DNA of 64,000 nucleotides from Candidatus Amesbacteria bacterium (GTDB lineage Bacteria; Patescibacteriota; Microgenomatia; CAZETR01; Amesbacteraceae): positions 77,018 through 141,017 of the forward strand of contig DAHWUD010000002.1 of the NCBI GenBank assembly GCA_027331445.1. Reading direction: 5' to 3'. The notes under the pieces were generated by a model. It was not told the DNA's origin. It saw only the letters and a list, made by a program, of their open reading frames with translations, and ran no database searches. Positions 9,703 to 18,799 of this stretch are shown here, piece by piece. Position numbers and translations under genes: made by a program. Position 1 is the stretch's first letter. Each line of letters opens with the position of its first letter.

Positions 9703-9782
9703 AAAACACTCTTATCCTCATCGTCATCCTCACCGCCGTCGCCACTTTCCTGATCATCGCCCACTTCTTTCCCCTGCATTAA
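9699..9782 (+). CDS. Putative 27-aa hydrophobic micro-protein (MKNTLILIVILTAVATFLIIAHFFPLH), translationally coupled to the preceding gene
   Basis: Its ATG overlaps the TGA of the GT28 gene (ATGA). The peptide is a single predicted TM helix. Too short for the ORF track. Confidence 0.3.
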   Translation: MKNTLILIVILTAVATFLIIAHFFPLH

Positions 9783-9790
9783 TAAAACCC

Positions 9791-10783
9791 CTAAATTTCC
9801 CGGGGCAAAATATCGCTGGACCGCGCCAGCCACTCTTCCATTTGCTGCCGGTTTAATAGTCCCCTCTGCGGCCCGATGAATCCCAATTTTGCCGCGCTGT
9901 TACACGTCCCCCATCTCAGCGCCTCTCCCATTCCCTTCCCGTGCATCACCGCCGCCAGAAACCCAGACCCAAAAGCATCTCCAGCTCCCGTCCGCTCGAT
10001 GACTTGCACCGGGACTACCGGCATGTGCAGATATTTCTGTCCGTCAAACGCATATGCGCCTTCCATTCCGTCCGTAATCACCACCAGCTTCGCCCCCGTC
10101 CCCCGCAGTCCATCTAAAAGCTCCTTTACCGGGCTATCCATCGGCCGGTCCAGTAGTGATTCCGCCTCTTCCTTGTTTACAAACAACACCTCCGTCCTCT
10201 CCGCCACAAATTTAATCCTGGACAAGCCGCTTTTTATCTGTCTTGATCCCGGGTTAAAAGCAATTTTGGCTCCGCTTGCCTCGGCCCAATTGACCGCCTC
10301 CCGATAAAAATCTTCGTAATTTTCCCCGGCGGTAGTCAGGTAAATCCACTTGGCTAAAAGTCCCTCTTCTTTGGGAAACACGCACTGCGTCTCCGGATAA
10401 TACGATAAAATCGTCCGCTCACCGGAATAGTCAATCACCACCCCGAACCCCACTTTACCTTTATCCGTCGTCATCAGGTGCGTATCCACCCCCTCATCTG
10501 AAAGCATTTGCAGCGCCTGTTTGTCCGACCACCCGTCCCCCATTGATCCCGCCATCGCGGTTTTATGTCCCAGTCTGACCAGGCCCACCGCATTGTTCCC
10601 CGTATTTCCTCCTACGGCAAAATCTATCCCTGTTACCGGAATTTTTTCCCCGAATCCCAGCTCAATCATGCACCGTTTCCGGTCGATGCTGCAGGCTTCT
10701 TCAATTTCATCCTCCGGCAGCCGCACAAATACATCCATCCTTGCCGGCCCCAGACTGAGCATGTCGTATTGCATCTCCTTCAA
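9791..10783 (-). CDS. PfkB-family carbohydrate kinase (ribokinase/fructokinase-like)
   Basis: GGNTGNNA N-terminal motif and the TGAGDAFGSGFL ATP-binding signature. The start may be the second in-frame ATG just downstream of GAAGGAG. Confidence 0.85.
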   Translation of the reverse strand: MKEMQYDMLSLGPARMDVFVRLPEDEIEEACSIDRKRCMIELGFGEKIPVTGIDFAVGGNTGNNAVGLVRLGHKTAMAGSMGDGWSDKQALQMLSDEGVDTHLMTTDKGKVGFGVVIDYSGERTILSYYPETQCVFPKEEGLLAKWIYLTTAGENYEDFYREAVNWAEASGAKIAFNPGSRQIKSGLSRIKFVAERTEVLFVNKEEAESLLDRPMDSPVKELLDGLRGTGAKLVVITDGMEGAYAFDGQKYLHMPVVPVQVIERTGAGDAFGSGFLAAVMHGKGMGEALRWGTCNSAAKLGFIGPQRGLLNRQQMEEWLARSSDILPREI

Positions 10784-10937
10784 TATACCAAAAATTGCCC
10801 CTCCCCCGCTACTTCTTTTTCGTCCCCAAAATCCTGCTCACTAATGCCGCCTGCAAAGCATGCGCCTCTGCTGCCACATCTAATGACCTCAAACCATTGT
10901 TCCGGTATCCCTAGCATTTTATAGATGTCCCGCATTT

Positions 10938-11900
10938 TCACTCCTGCTGGTATTCCCCTTTTGTCGCCAGCGAATTCATTTTTGCCCGGTGCAAAAATGT
11001 CTGTCTGGCCGACTCTACATTTTCCGCCTTCCCCACCCAGGTCTTAAGGGCGCTGTCCTGCAGGGCCCGGCCGTAAGAAAAGCTCAGTTGCCACGGTGGA
11101 TTTATCTTATTCATTTCATTTAAATTCAAGGTCGACCTGATTTCATCCTGCCCGCCGGACAAAAATACTATCCCCCCCACCTCCACCGGCACCCGTCTTC
11201 TAAGTAGTGCCACCGTCTCCCGCGCCACCTCTTCCGCCCCGGTGTCCATTGCTATCACCATGCTGGCCTTCAAGATCATTCCCTCAAACTCAATTTTGTA
11301 TTCCGCCAGCTTTTCAAATACTTTTTGCCACACCGCATCAGTCACTTCCCTGCACCTTTCCAAATCGTGCCCGTCGTCCAGAAGCACTTCCGGTTCCACA
11401 AACGGCACCAAGCCGGCCGCCTGTGATAAAGCCGCATATCTGGCCAATATCTCGGCGTTTACATTTATACACGTGGTTGTGGGCATGCCCGCGCCGATTT
11501 TTATCACGGCTCTCCACTTGGTAAATTTTGCCCCCATCCCGGCGTATTCTTTAAGTCTTTCCGCCAACCCGTCCAATCCCTCAGTCACTTTTTCCCCCGG
11601 AAAATTTGCCAGTTCCACCGTTCCTTTGTCCACTTTTATCCCCGGGATTATCCCTTTCTCAGACAGCATCTGTCCCAATCCGTCCCTCAACGTTTCGTCA
11701 AAAGTAATTGCCCCGGAAATATATTCCTCCGCTCCGGGCGTCCCGAACAGCATCTCCCGGTATGCCTTCCTGTTCTCGTGGCTGTTCTCAATCCCCAAAG
11801 CCTCAAACCTCTTCCCGATCGATCCCAGGCTTTCATCCGCCGCCAGCACTCCTTTTCCCCGAGTCACCAACTGCTTCGCCACACCAGCCATCTCAGACAT
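10938..11900 (-). CDS. Fructose-bisphosphate aldolase, class I
   Basis: GKGVLAADES, ...LSGGQ..., and a Schiff-base lysine region. Length 320 aa. Confidence 0.85.
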   Translation of the reverse strand: MSEMAGVAKQLVTRGKGVLAADESLGSIGKRFEALGIENSHENRKAYREMLFGTPGAEEYISGAITFDETLRDGLGQMLSEKGIIPGIKVDKGTVELANFPGEKVTEGLDGLAERLKEYAGMGAKFTKWRAVIKIGAGMPTTTCINVNAEILARYAALSQAAGLVPFVEPEVLLDDGHDLERCREVTDAVWQKVFEKLAEYKIEFEGMILKASMVIAMDTGAEEVARETVALLRRRVPVEVGGIVFLSGGQDEIRSTLNLNEMNKINPPWQLSFSYGRALQDSALKTWVGKAENVESARQTFLHRAKMNSLATKGEYQQE

Positions 11901-11927
11901 ACATTATTTATACCAGTTTTGCCAAAC

Positions 11928-12185
11928 TTATTCTTCCAGCAAAAAGTACAGCGCGATCACTACCGAAGCCACCCCGATTACCATCTGCAAACTCACCCCG
12001 AAAACTCCCCAATTTAAAACCGGTCCCAATTGGGTCGGCATCATGTGCCCCAGTCCTGCCAAAAGTAGCATCACCCAACCCGCCGTCACTAACTTAGGCA
12101 TTTTCTTTACACTCACGCTCTCCCGCTCTTCCACTCTTATACTCTTTTTTACCGCCATATCTTTATCATTCTCACTCAGAAACAA
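11928..12185 (-). CDS. Small membrane protein
   Basis: 85 aa with two hydrophobic helices. Confidence 0.35.
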   Translation of the reverse strand: MFLSENDKDMAVKKSIRVEERESVSVKKMPKLVTAGWVMLLLAGLGHMMPTQLGPVLNWGVFGVSLQMVIGVASVVIALYFLLEE

Positions 12186-12201
12186 CCCAAAGTCAATGTG
12201 G

Positions 12202-12624
12202 CTATACAGATAGCAATATCATCGCCCCAATCCCCAAAATCACTCCCAAAATTTTCGTCACCGTCATCTCCTCTCCCAAAAACACAATCCCTAATATTAC
12301 CGCCACAACAGGATATAAAGCAGTAATCGTCGCACCCATCCCCAATTCCATCTTGGATAGTACCAAATAATATAGAGCAGACGCAGCCGCCCAAGCCAGA
12401 TTACTTAAAAAGAACCACTTCACCCCTTCCGCGTTGAGTCCCAGTCTATGACTGAAAAAGGCGATCACCAGAACAATGATTAATGACGGAACCCACACCA
12501 ACGCCGCCATTGTTGCCGCCGTATTCCCCCCCAATTTATTAACCGCCAGCTTATCCCAAAAAGTCGCCACTCCCCAAACTACAAACACAATTAAAGCGTA
12601 GATAAGGCCTATTCTTCCGTTCAC
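12202..12624 (-). CDS. EamA-domain (DMT superfamily) small transporter
   Basis: 140 aa, 4 predicted TM helices, EamA-like pattern. Confidence 0.65.
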   Translation of the reverse strand: MNGRIGLIYALIVFVVWGVATFWDKLAVNKLGGNTAATMAALVWVPSLIIVLVIAFFSHRLGLNAEGVKWFFLSNLAWAAASALYYLVLSKMELGMGATITALYPVVAVILGIVFLGEEMTVTKILGVILGIGAMILLSV

Positions 12625-12657
12625 ATTTCCATTCTACCTTGATGTATACTAAAGTCA

Positions 12658-14142
12658 ATGAAGCCCCCGGCTTTGTGGCTCTCCCTCTTCGGTCTCTCCT
12701 GCTCTCTGGTGATCATTACTTCCCCTCTGATTTCCTTCCGCATTCTCCTGCACCTCCGTCGCCAGGCTATCACTTCCCCCGTCGCTTCCACGATCTCGGT
12801 ACTAACCCCTACTCCAACACCAGGTTCCGTGTGGAAAGTTTATATCAACTCTGACTACAATTACGCCATTAGCTACCCACCCAATCTATCCTCTTCATCT
12901 GCAAGCCAAAATTTTTCTCTTCCTCCATATCTTGATGTCCAAATAACTAAAACGTTACCTCACACTTCCAATGGCATATTAGCCCCAACATATGTAAATA
13001 ACTATCCTGCATCACAAGCCTTTATCGCCGGCTCGGAATACAAAACCGTTTATTTACAAATACCAAAACAAACAAACTATCTTGAAATAATGGTAAATCA
13101 AACACCTGAAAAATCTGCTTTGGCTGACCAAATCCTCTCCACCTTCAATTTTCTTCCAGATACCTCCGACTGGACCACTTATCAAAACTCAAAATATGGG
13201 TTTACCCTAAAATTCCCCTCTAAATTTGCCTACAAAAACTCCGATTCCGATTCCTTCCAACCGGGCGCCTTACCCGGCATCATCGGACACCTCGTCCCCA
13301 CCCAGGTTCCCGAACTTTCATATCCCGATTTCGGAATTTCAGTTGCCCGAACAGACCTCTCGCCAGACGCCTGGATTAAATCCGAAAACCTCTGTCCCGA
13401 TTGGCCGACTCAGCCTTCCTGCCAACCCGTCATTCCCGGCCCAATTTCCGGCTCACTTCAAATCACCGCCCTTAACCGCCACTACGCCAGCGTGGATACA
13501 TTCGTTAAAAAAGATCGCCTCTTGTTTGACCTTTCCCTGACCTATAGAAACCCCAACCAACCCCTTCCCAATCCCGTCACCTCGGAATACAACGCCATTC
13601 TTTCCACCTTTAAATTTACAGATCTAATATCAGGCACTTCTACCTGGAAAAACTATCAAAATTCCACCTACCACTTCTCCTTCTCCTATCCCCCGAATTT
13701 CGACCTCCTCACTCCCGGTCCCCATGACCTGCTTCCGCTTGGATTTATTTCTGTTTGCGACGGCAGTAAAGATCTGGTCTGTCTTCACCTCCCTCCTTCC
13801 GCCTATCCCAACACCAACTTTGAAGGCGCCGGAGTTGCCGTCAGTTATCTGCTCCAACTTACCTCCCCGGCTTCCTGCTCCACTACAAATCTCATGGGTC
13901 AAATCACTGCCACCCAGATCAACGGCATTGGCTACTGGCAGAGTACTATCGGCAACGGCGCTACCGGTCATACTGGCGGTGGCCCGGTTTACCGGACCTT
14001 TAATCAAAATAAATGTTTCGAAATTCAATTATCCATCGATAAATACCGTGACGAATTGAGCCGGTCATTCACTTCCACCGAAGAATCCACTCTTTCTTCT
14101 GTCTTGACCACCATCCTCTCCACCTTCAAATTTGAAAAATAA
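12658..14142 (+). CDS. Secreted protein with three internal repeats of a ~150-aa module
   Basis: N-terminal signal/TM segment. Three modules each begin with W..Y.NS.Y.F...YPP.F and end with ILSTF(N/K)F. A related module appears in the 22564-23157 protein. Confidence 0.6.
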   Translation: MKPPALWLSLFGLSCSLVIITSPLISFRILLHLRRQAITSPVASTISVLTPTPTPGSVWKVYINSDYNYAISYPPNLSSSSASQNFSLPPYLDVQITKTLPHTSNGILAPTYVNNYPASQAFIAGSEYKTVYLQIPKQTNYLEIMVNQTPEKSALADQILSTFNFLPDTSDWTTYQNSKYGFTLKFPSKFAYKNSDSDSFQPGALPGIIGHLVPTQVPELSYPDFGISVARTDLSPDAWIKSENLCPDWPTQPSCQPVIPGPISGSLQITALNRHYASVDTFVKKDRLLFDLSLTYRNPNQPLPNPVTSEYNAILSTFKFTDLISGTSTWKNYQNSTYHFSFSYPPNFDLLTPGPHDLLPLGFISVCDGSKDLVCLHLPPSAYPNTNFEGAGVAVSYLLQLTSPASCSTTNLMGQITATQINGIGYWQSTIGNGATGHTGGGPVYRTFNQNKCFEIQLSIDKYRDELSRSFTSTEESTLSSVLTTILSTFKFEK

Positions 14143-14146
14143 ACTT

Positions 14147-14169
14147 CCCCCTCTTAGATTAAGAGGGGG
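14147..14169 (-). terminator. Hairpin (10-bp perfect stem CCCCCTCTTA-gat-TAAGAGGGGG) followed by a T-rich tract on the minus strand; likely terminator for the transketolase C-subunit gene, possibly bidirectional
   Basis: It lies between convergent genes (stop 14142 on +, stop 14190 on -). On the minus strand the stem is followed by AAGTTTATTTTTC. Confidence 0.45.
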
Positions 14170-14189
14170 TGGCCGGCAGGCCAGGGGCG

Positions 14190-15161
14190 TTATTTACGTG
14201 TTACGACCTTCCTCACCGCCTCTTTGATCTTGGTCACACTCATCCCGTACTTTTCCAACAATTCCTCCGGTTGTCCCGACTCTCCAAAGCTGTCCGGCAT
14301 CCCCACAAATTCCATCGGCACGGGAAAATTTTGGGCCAGTACTTCGGCGACAGCCGATCCCATTCCTCCCATCACCTGGTGCTCCTCCACCGTCACCACC
14401 GCCCCGCATTTTTGCGCCGCTTCAATAATTGTTTTTTTATCCATCGGCTTTATGGTGTGATTGTTTATTACTATCACTTCCACTCCTTCATCTTTTAATT
14501 CCTTCGCCGCGATCAGACTTTGATACACCAGCGGCCCACACGCCACAATTGCCACGTCATTTCCATATTCCTGAAACACTTCAGCTTTTCCAATTTCAAA
14601 CGGTGTCTCCGTCGTGGTTACTACCGGCGTCTTTTCTCTGGCCAGCCGCAAATAAAACGGCCCCGCCCATACCGTTCCCGCCAGGGTCGCTTTTTTGGTC
14701 TCTATACTGTCGCACGGTACCACCACGGTCATCTGCGGCAACACCCGCATGATCGCTATATCCTCGAGCGCCTGGTGGGTTGCCCCGTCCGGCCCCACCG
14801 ACACCCCGGCATGTGCTCCCGCAATTTTTACCGGCAGGTTGGAATAAGCGACCGCCACCCGCGCCTGGTCCCACGACCTGCCCGGCGAAAATACGGCATA
14901 CGAGGAGACCCAGGGAATTTTTCCGGCCGCCGCCAGCCCCGCCGCCACCCCCATCATGTTCTGCTCCGCTACCCCGCATTCAATAAATCTCTCCGGCCAC
15001 TTTTTGCTAAATTCCAGCACCCGCGTCGATTCCGCCAAATCCGCCGTTAGCACCACCACCCGTTTATCTTTTTCTCCCAGTTCCATCAATCCCTCTCCGT
15101 ACCCGTTCCTGATCGGCACCCGCTCCACCTCCGCTTCAAACAACTTCGGATTAAGTTTCAT
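14190..15161 (-). CDS. Transketolase, C-terminal subunit (pyrimidine-binding + C-terminal domains)
   Basis: GVAEQNMMGVAAGLA, PDGATHQ. 323 aa, typical of split transketolase C subunit. Confidence 0.9.
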   Translation of the reverse strand: MKLNPKLFEAEVERVPIRNGYGEGLMELGEKDKRVVVLTADLAESTRVLEFSKKWPERFIECGVAEQNMMGVAAGLAAAGKIPWVSSYAVFSPGRSWDQARVAVAYSNLPVKIAGAHAGVSVGPDGATHQALEDIAIMRVLPQMTVVVPCDSIETKKATLAGTVWAGPFYLRLAREKTPVVTTTETPFEIGKAEVFQEYGNDVAIVACGPLVYQSLIAAKELKDEGVEVIVINNHTIKPMDKKTIIEAAQKCGAVVTVEEHQVMGGMGSAVAEVLAQNFPVPMEFVGMPDSFGESGQPEELLEKYGMSVTKIKEAVRKVVTRK

Positions 15162-15164
15162 ATA

Positions 15165-16655
15165 ATGTCATCATACATGATCACTTGGGCCAAGCACCAT
15201 TTTCTCCTTCTATTATTACTGTTATTTCTCGCCACCCGCCTCATAAATTTGACCCTGCTCCCTATTTTCAGCGATGAAGCCAACTATTTGGACTGGGGCT
15301 GGCGCGGTCTCCACGGCGTCCCTTTCCACTCGCTATATGACGCCAAACAGCCCCTTCTTATGTGGCTTTTTGGTCTTGGCGAAGAGATTTTTCCTGATCC
15401 CCTGTTTGGCGCCCGCTTTGTCTCAACTCTCACGGGTCTGGCTTCCATTCTGGCCGTTTATGCTCTTGCCGTCCGCCTCTTTGACAAAACCACCGCCTAT
15501 CTTTCCGTGCTTTTCTATACTTTCATTCCCTTTTTTATTTTTTTCGATCGCCAGGCTCTCATGGAATCATCTCTGACCGCCGTCGGCCTGTGGACGTTTT
15601 ATTTTCTCCTGAAATTTTTCTCCCGGCCCCGCCTCCTCCCCGCCCTGGTCATTGGCGTTCTGCTCGGCCTGGGTTTTTTTATCAAAACCTCCGCCGCCGT
15701 TTTCATCCTGGCTTTTGCTCTCATCGTCCTTCTTGGCCGCTCCTGGAAACTACTTACCCTTTCCTTGGCCTCAGCCATTGCTTTTCTCCTGGTTGATTCT
15801 CCCCTTTTATTTCAGTCGCTTTTTTGGTCTACTTTCACCCGCAATTCCCAGTATTCCTTCACCCTCCCTGAACTGCTGCATTTCCCCCTCCTCACCTGGC
15901 TCACTCATTTGTATATCAACTTCCAAATCTTACTCATTAACTTCACCCCCCTGGTCCTTCTTTTTATCCTTGTCGGCCTTATTCGTATCCGTCTGCCCCG
16001 GCTATATTACTACTGGCTGTTTATTCCCTTAATCATTTTTTCTCTTACCTCCCGCACCGCCGGTTATCTCTCCTTCCGCTACCTCACCCCGTTTATCCCT
16101 CTGTTTATCTTTCCTCTGGCCGCTTACCTAAAATCCCGTCGCATCCTACTTATACTCACTCTTGCCCTCCCCATTATTGCTGCCGTCACCCTCATTTTCT
16201 CCCCCGTTTCCTACTTTCAGATCAAATCCCGCCTCACTCCTTATTCTTACATCTCCGATTACGTCACCGGCTTTGACACCGGCTATCAGGTCAACGCCCT
16301 GGTAAGCCGCCTAGACACTCTCACCGGCAACCAGCCCTCGTACATTGCCATGGCCGTTCATGCCTTCAATCCCGAAGCCGCTCTCCTCGCCTACTACCGC
16401 AAGTCATCTCTCCTCACTCCCGTCTTTCTTGACGCCAAACTTTTCCCCGCCGACCTCTCCTCCCGTTATGACTGTCTGTCCGTCAACCAGCCCCTCTATT
16501 TTGTCGCCAAGTTGAACGACACCGCCGGTCTGGCCAAATTCCTCACCCCGGTCACCGTCGTCAAAAATTCCTACAATCCGGATTATTCCACCATTTATAC
16601 TCTCAAAACCAATTGCCCCCCTGACCGCACTGCCAACATCAGCCCTACTCAGTAG
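15165..16655 (+). CDS. GT-C fold glycosyltransferase (ArnT/PMT-like, family GT39/GT83), polytopic membrane protein
   Basis: First extracytoplasmic loop has the SDEANYLDWGW motif (DE catalytic pair). About 12 hydrophobic helices. Antisense to the tkt operon, lying between tktN and tktC. Confidence 0.75.
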   Translation: MSSYMITWAKHHFLLLLLLLFLATRLINLTLLPIFSDEANYLDWGWRGLHGVPFHSLYDAKQPLLMWLFGLGEEIFPDPLFGARFVSTLTGLASILAVYALAVRLFDKTTAYLSVLFYTFIPFFIFFDRQALMESSLTAVGLWTFYFLLKFFSRPRLLPALVIGVLLGLGFFIKTSAAVFILAFALIVLLGRSWKLLTLSLASAIAFLLVDSPLLFQSLFWSTFTRNSQYSFTLPELLHFPLLTWLTHLYINFQILLINFTPLVLLFILVGLIRIRLPRLYYYWLFIPLIIFSLTSRTAGYLSFRYLTPFIPLFIFPLAAYLKSRRILLILTLALPIIAAVTLIFSPVSYFQIKSRLTPYSYISDYVTGFDTGYQVNALVSRLDTLTGNQPSYIAMAVHAFNPEAALLAYYRKSSLLTPVFLDAKLFPADLSSRYDCLSVNQPLYFVAKLNDTAGLAKFLTPVTVVKNSYNPDYSTIYTLKTNCPPDRTANISPTQ

Positions 16656-17496
16656 CGATTTTTCCCCCCAAACTCCGCAGTTCCGTCAGCGCTTTTTCCG
16701 CCTCTTCCCGGTTAGGCGGCTTCCCGTGCCACTCAAATTTTCCTTCCATAAAATCCACGCCTTTCCCCGGGATAGTATGAGCAACAATCACCGTCGGGTT
16801 TTCAAATATCGCCCTGGCTTTGTCCAGCGCGTCAGCTATCTCCCGGAAATTATGTCCGTCTATCTCCACGACTGACCAATTAAACGCCCGGAATTTATCC
16901 GTTAATGGCTGAAGCGGCATGATATCTTCCGTGTATCCGTCGATCTGGATATTATTCCGGTCCACAATCGCCGTCAGATTGTGCAGGTTGAGTTTCCCCG
17001 CCAGCATGATCGCTTCCCAGTTTGCTCCCTCTTCCAATTCCCCGTCTGACAAAATGGTGTATACCCGGTAGCTCTTCCCGTCCCTCATCCCGGCTATGGC
17101 TTGCCCAATGCCCTGGGCTAGCCCCTGGCCCAAGGGCCCCCCGCTGTTTTCAATCCCTGGCAATTCGCGGTAGTGCGGATGCCCCTGCAGCCGGCTCCCC
17201 AGTTTCCTAAGGGTCATCAGTTCCTCCTTGGGAAAATAACCGGCCTGGGCCAGCGTCGCGTACAGCCCCGGACAAATATGTCCGCAGGACAAAATTATCC
17301 TGTCCCTCCCCTCATTCCAGGGATCTACCGCCCTTACGTTGACCTCTCCCGACAGGTACAGCGTCGTAAACACGTCCGCCATCCCCAATGACCCCGCCGA
17401 ATGTCCGGACCCGGCCGCCAACAGCATGGATATGATGTTTTCCCGGATTTCGTTCGCCGCGGTTTCCAATTCCTTAACTTTTTGATCACTCAGCAT
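16645..17496 (-). CDS. Transketolase, N-terminal subunit (TPP-binding)
   Basis: GSGHSAGSLGMADV, GHICPGLY, SDGELEEG TPP-binding signature. 283 aa. Confidence 0.9.
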   Translation of the reverse strand: MLSDQKVKELETAANEIRENIISMLLAAGSGHSAGSLGMADVFTTLYLSGEVNVRAVDPWNEGRDRIILSCGHICPGLYATLAQAGYFPKEELMTLRKLGSRLQGHPHYRELPGIENSGGPLGQGLAQGIGQAIAGMRDGKSYRVYTILSDGELEEGANWEAIMLAGKLNLHNLTAIVDRNNIQIDGYTEDIMPLQPLTDKFRAFNWSVVEIDGHNFREIADALDKARAIFENPTVIVAHTIPGKGVDFMEGKFEWHGKPPNREEAEKALTELRSLGGKIATE

Positions 17497-17506
17497 AATT
17501 TAGAAA

Positions 17507-17572
17507 GACGTTTGCGAGGCTGGCGCGCGCAGCGATCGGATACAGAGTTCGAGCACGCTCAGACCGCAAACA
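17507..17572 (-). ncRNA. Candidate structured 5' leader / cis-regulatory element upstream of the transketolase N-subunit, carrying the same 19-nt motif as upstream of nrdR
   Basis: A 7-bp inverted repeat (GTTTGCG at 17509-17515 and CGCAAAC at 17564-17570) encloses CGCGCGCAGCGATCGGATA (17523-17541) and a small hairpin GAGC-ac-GCTC (17550-17559). Confidence 0.35.
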
Positions 17573-17580
17573 TCGGCATC

Positions 17581-18210
17581 TCATATTTCAAATGGCTTCT
17601 CCGCCGGGTTAAACGCATGCGTCGTATCGTGTTCCAGCATAAACTCAAACAACTCCAGGGACTTAATCACTTCCTCCGGCGTCTTGGCTACCCGATACAC
17701 CTGGAATTCTTCAGGCCGCATCCGCATGTGCGACATAAACGCCACCATAATATCCTCCCAGAACTTTCCGTAAAGTATCAGCGGTTTATGGTGCCCGAAA
17801 TACAGGCTGGCCAGCCCCCACGCCATTCCGAATTCCGAAATCGTTCCCGTTCCTCCTCGAAAAACTACATATGCCTGGCCCGTTTCCAGTAATTTTAGTG
17901 TCCGCTCCAGGTAATTATTGGTTTTTATTTCTTCATCAATCCGGTTGTTTTTATCCCGCCCCTCAAAATTGGCCATATCTTTAGGATAAAATGTCACCCC
18001 TACTACCCGCCCGCCTACCGACTTTGCCCCTTCGGTCGTCGCCCGCATCACTCCCGGTCCGCCGCCGTTGGCTACCACGTACCCGTTTTGCGCCAGGGCC
18101 TTTCCCACTTCGTACGCATCTTTAAATAGTGGGTCCTCCGGCAGCGCTCCTGCAAACCCCAGACACGTCACGGTTTTGATTAATCTCTCTTTCTTTTCTT
18201 CATTCGGCAT
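17581..18210 (-). CDS. LOG-family protein (TIGR00730; cytokinin riboside 5'-monophosphate phosphoribohydrolase-like)
   Basis: GGGPGVM...GGTGT motifs. Start chosen at the internal ATG (MPNEEKK); the upstream R/W-rich extension in the track is read-through into rpe. The chosen start overlaps the rpe stop by 11 nt. Confidence 0.8.
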   Translation of the reverse strand: MPNEEKKERLIKTVTCLGFAGALPEDPLFKDAYEVGKALAQNGYVVANGGGPGVMRATTEGAKSVGGRVVGVTFYPKDMANFEGRDKNNRIDEEIKTNNYLERTLKLLETGQAYVVFRGGTGTISEFGMAWGLASLYFGHHKPLILYGKFWEDIMVAFMSHMRMRPEEFQVYRVAKTPEEVIKSLELFEFMLEHDTTHAFNPAEKPFEI

Positions 18211-18799
18211 CAGTCCATGATAGCACCCGGGCCGCCCCCACCGCCACCTCATCCGCCCCCGCCGCCTCCAGCTCCGCCAACCTGTCCTGCTCCACTCCCC
18301 CGTCCACACAGATTCTGTACCTGTAATTTTTCTCCCGTCTCAGTCCGCTCAACACCCTGATTTTCTTTATTACTTTGGGATCAAACTCCTGTCCCCCGAA
18401 TCCCGATTCCACCGCCATCACCACTACTACCTCCAACCCCGGCAAATACGGTTCCAGAATATCCGTCCCCGTGTGCACGTCCAGCGCCAGCCCCGCCAAT
18501 TCCCCCGGATGGCCGATGCTTTCCATCTGGGCAATTATCCTATCAAACCCGACCTTTTTTGCCTGCCGGACATATTTTTCCAGATTTTTCTCCACCACCA
18601 TCAGATGAGCATCAAAACCCAATTCCAGATACGGCGTCATATCAACCTCCTCCGGTTCGATTGTCTTGTTATCGGCATACTTCCCGTCGATAAAATCAAT
18701 TTGCACCCTGGAAAACTTCCCTGACTTTTTAATACCCTCAAGCCACTCCCTCGCCTGTCTGGGATCATCTGTCAGTACCGCCGGAATTATTTCCATCAC
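18200..18799 (-). CDS. rpe: Ribulose-phosphate 3-epimerase-like (RPE family TIM barrel)
   Basis: HLMV...VDGGV motifs. 199 aa. Confidence 0.75.
   Translation of the reverse strand: MMEIIPAVLTDDPRQAREWLEGIKKSGKFSRVQIDFIDGKYADNKTIEPEEVDMTPYLELGFDAHLMVVEKNLEKYVRQAKKVGFDRIIAQMESIGHPGELAGLALDVHTGTDILEPYLPGLEVVVVMAVESGFGGQEFDPKVIKKIRVLSGLRREKNYRYRICVDGGVEQDRLAELEAAGADEVAVGAARVLSWTDAE

Noticed and set aside
17540-17562. tRNA T-arm-like string GAGTTCGAGCACGCTC
   Set aside because: The stem closes a 2-nt loop, not a 7-nt T-loop. No acceptor or anticodon arms are present. It was interpreted as the inner hairpin of the leader element instead.
17581-18309. Long N-terminal extension of the LOG ORF (MWTGEWSRTGWRSWRRRGRMRWRW...)
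   Set aside because: The R/W-rich extension overlaps about 100 nt of rpe in another frame. An internal ATG (18210) gives a canonical LOG N-terminus with only an 11-nt overlap.
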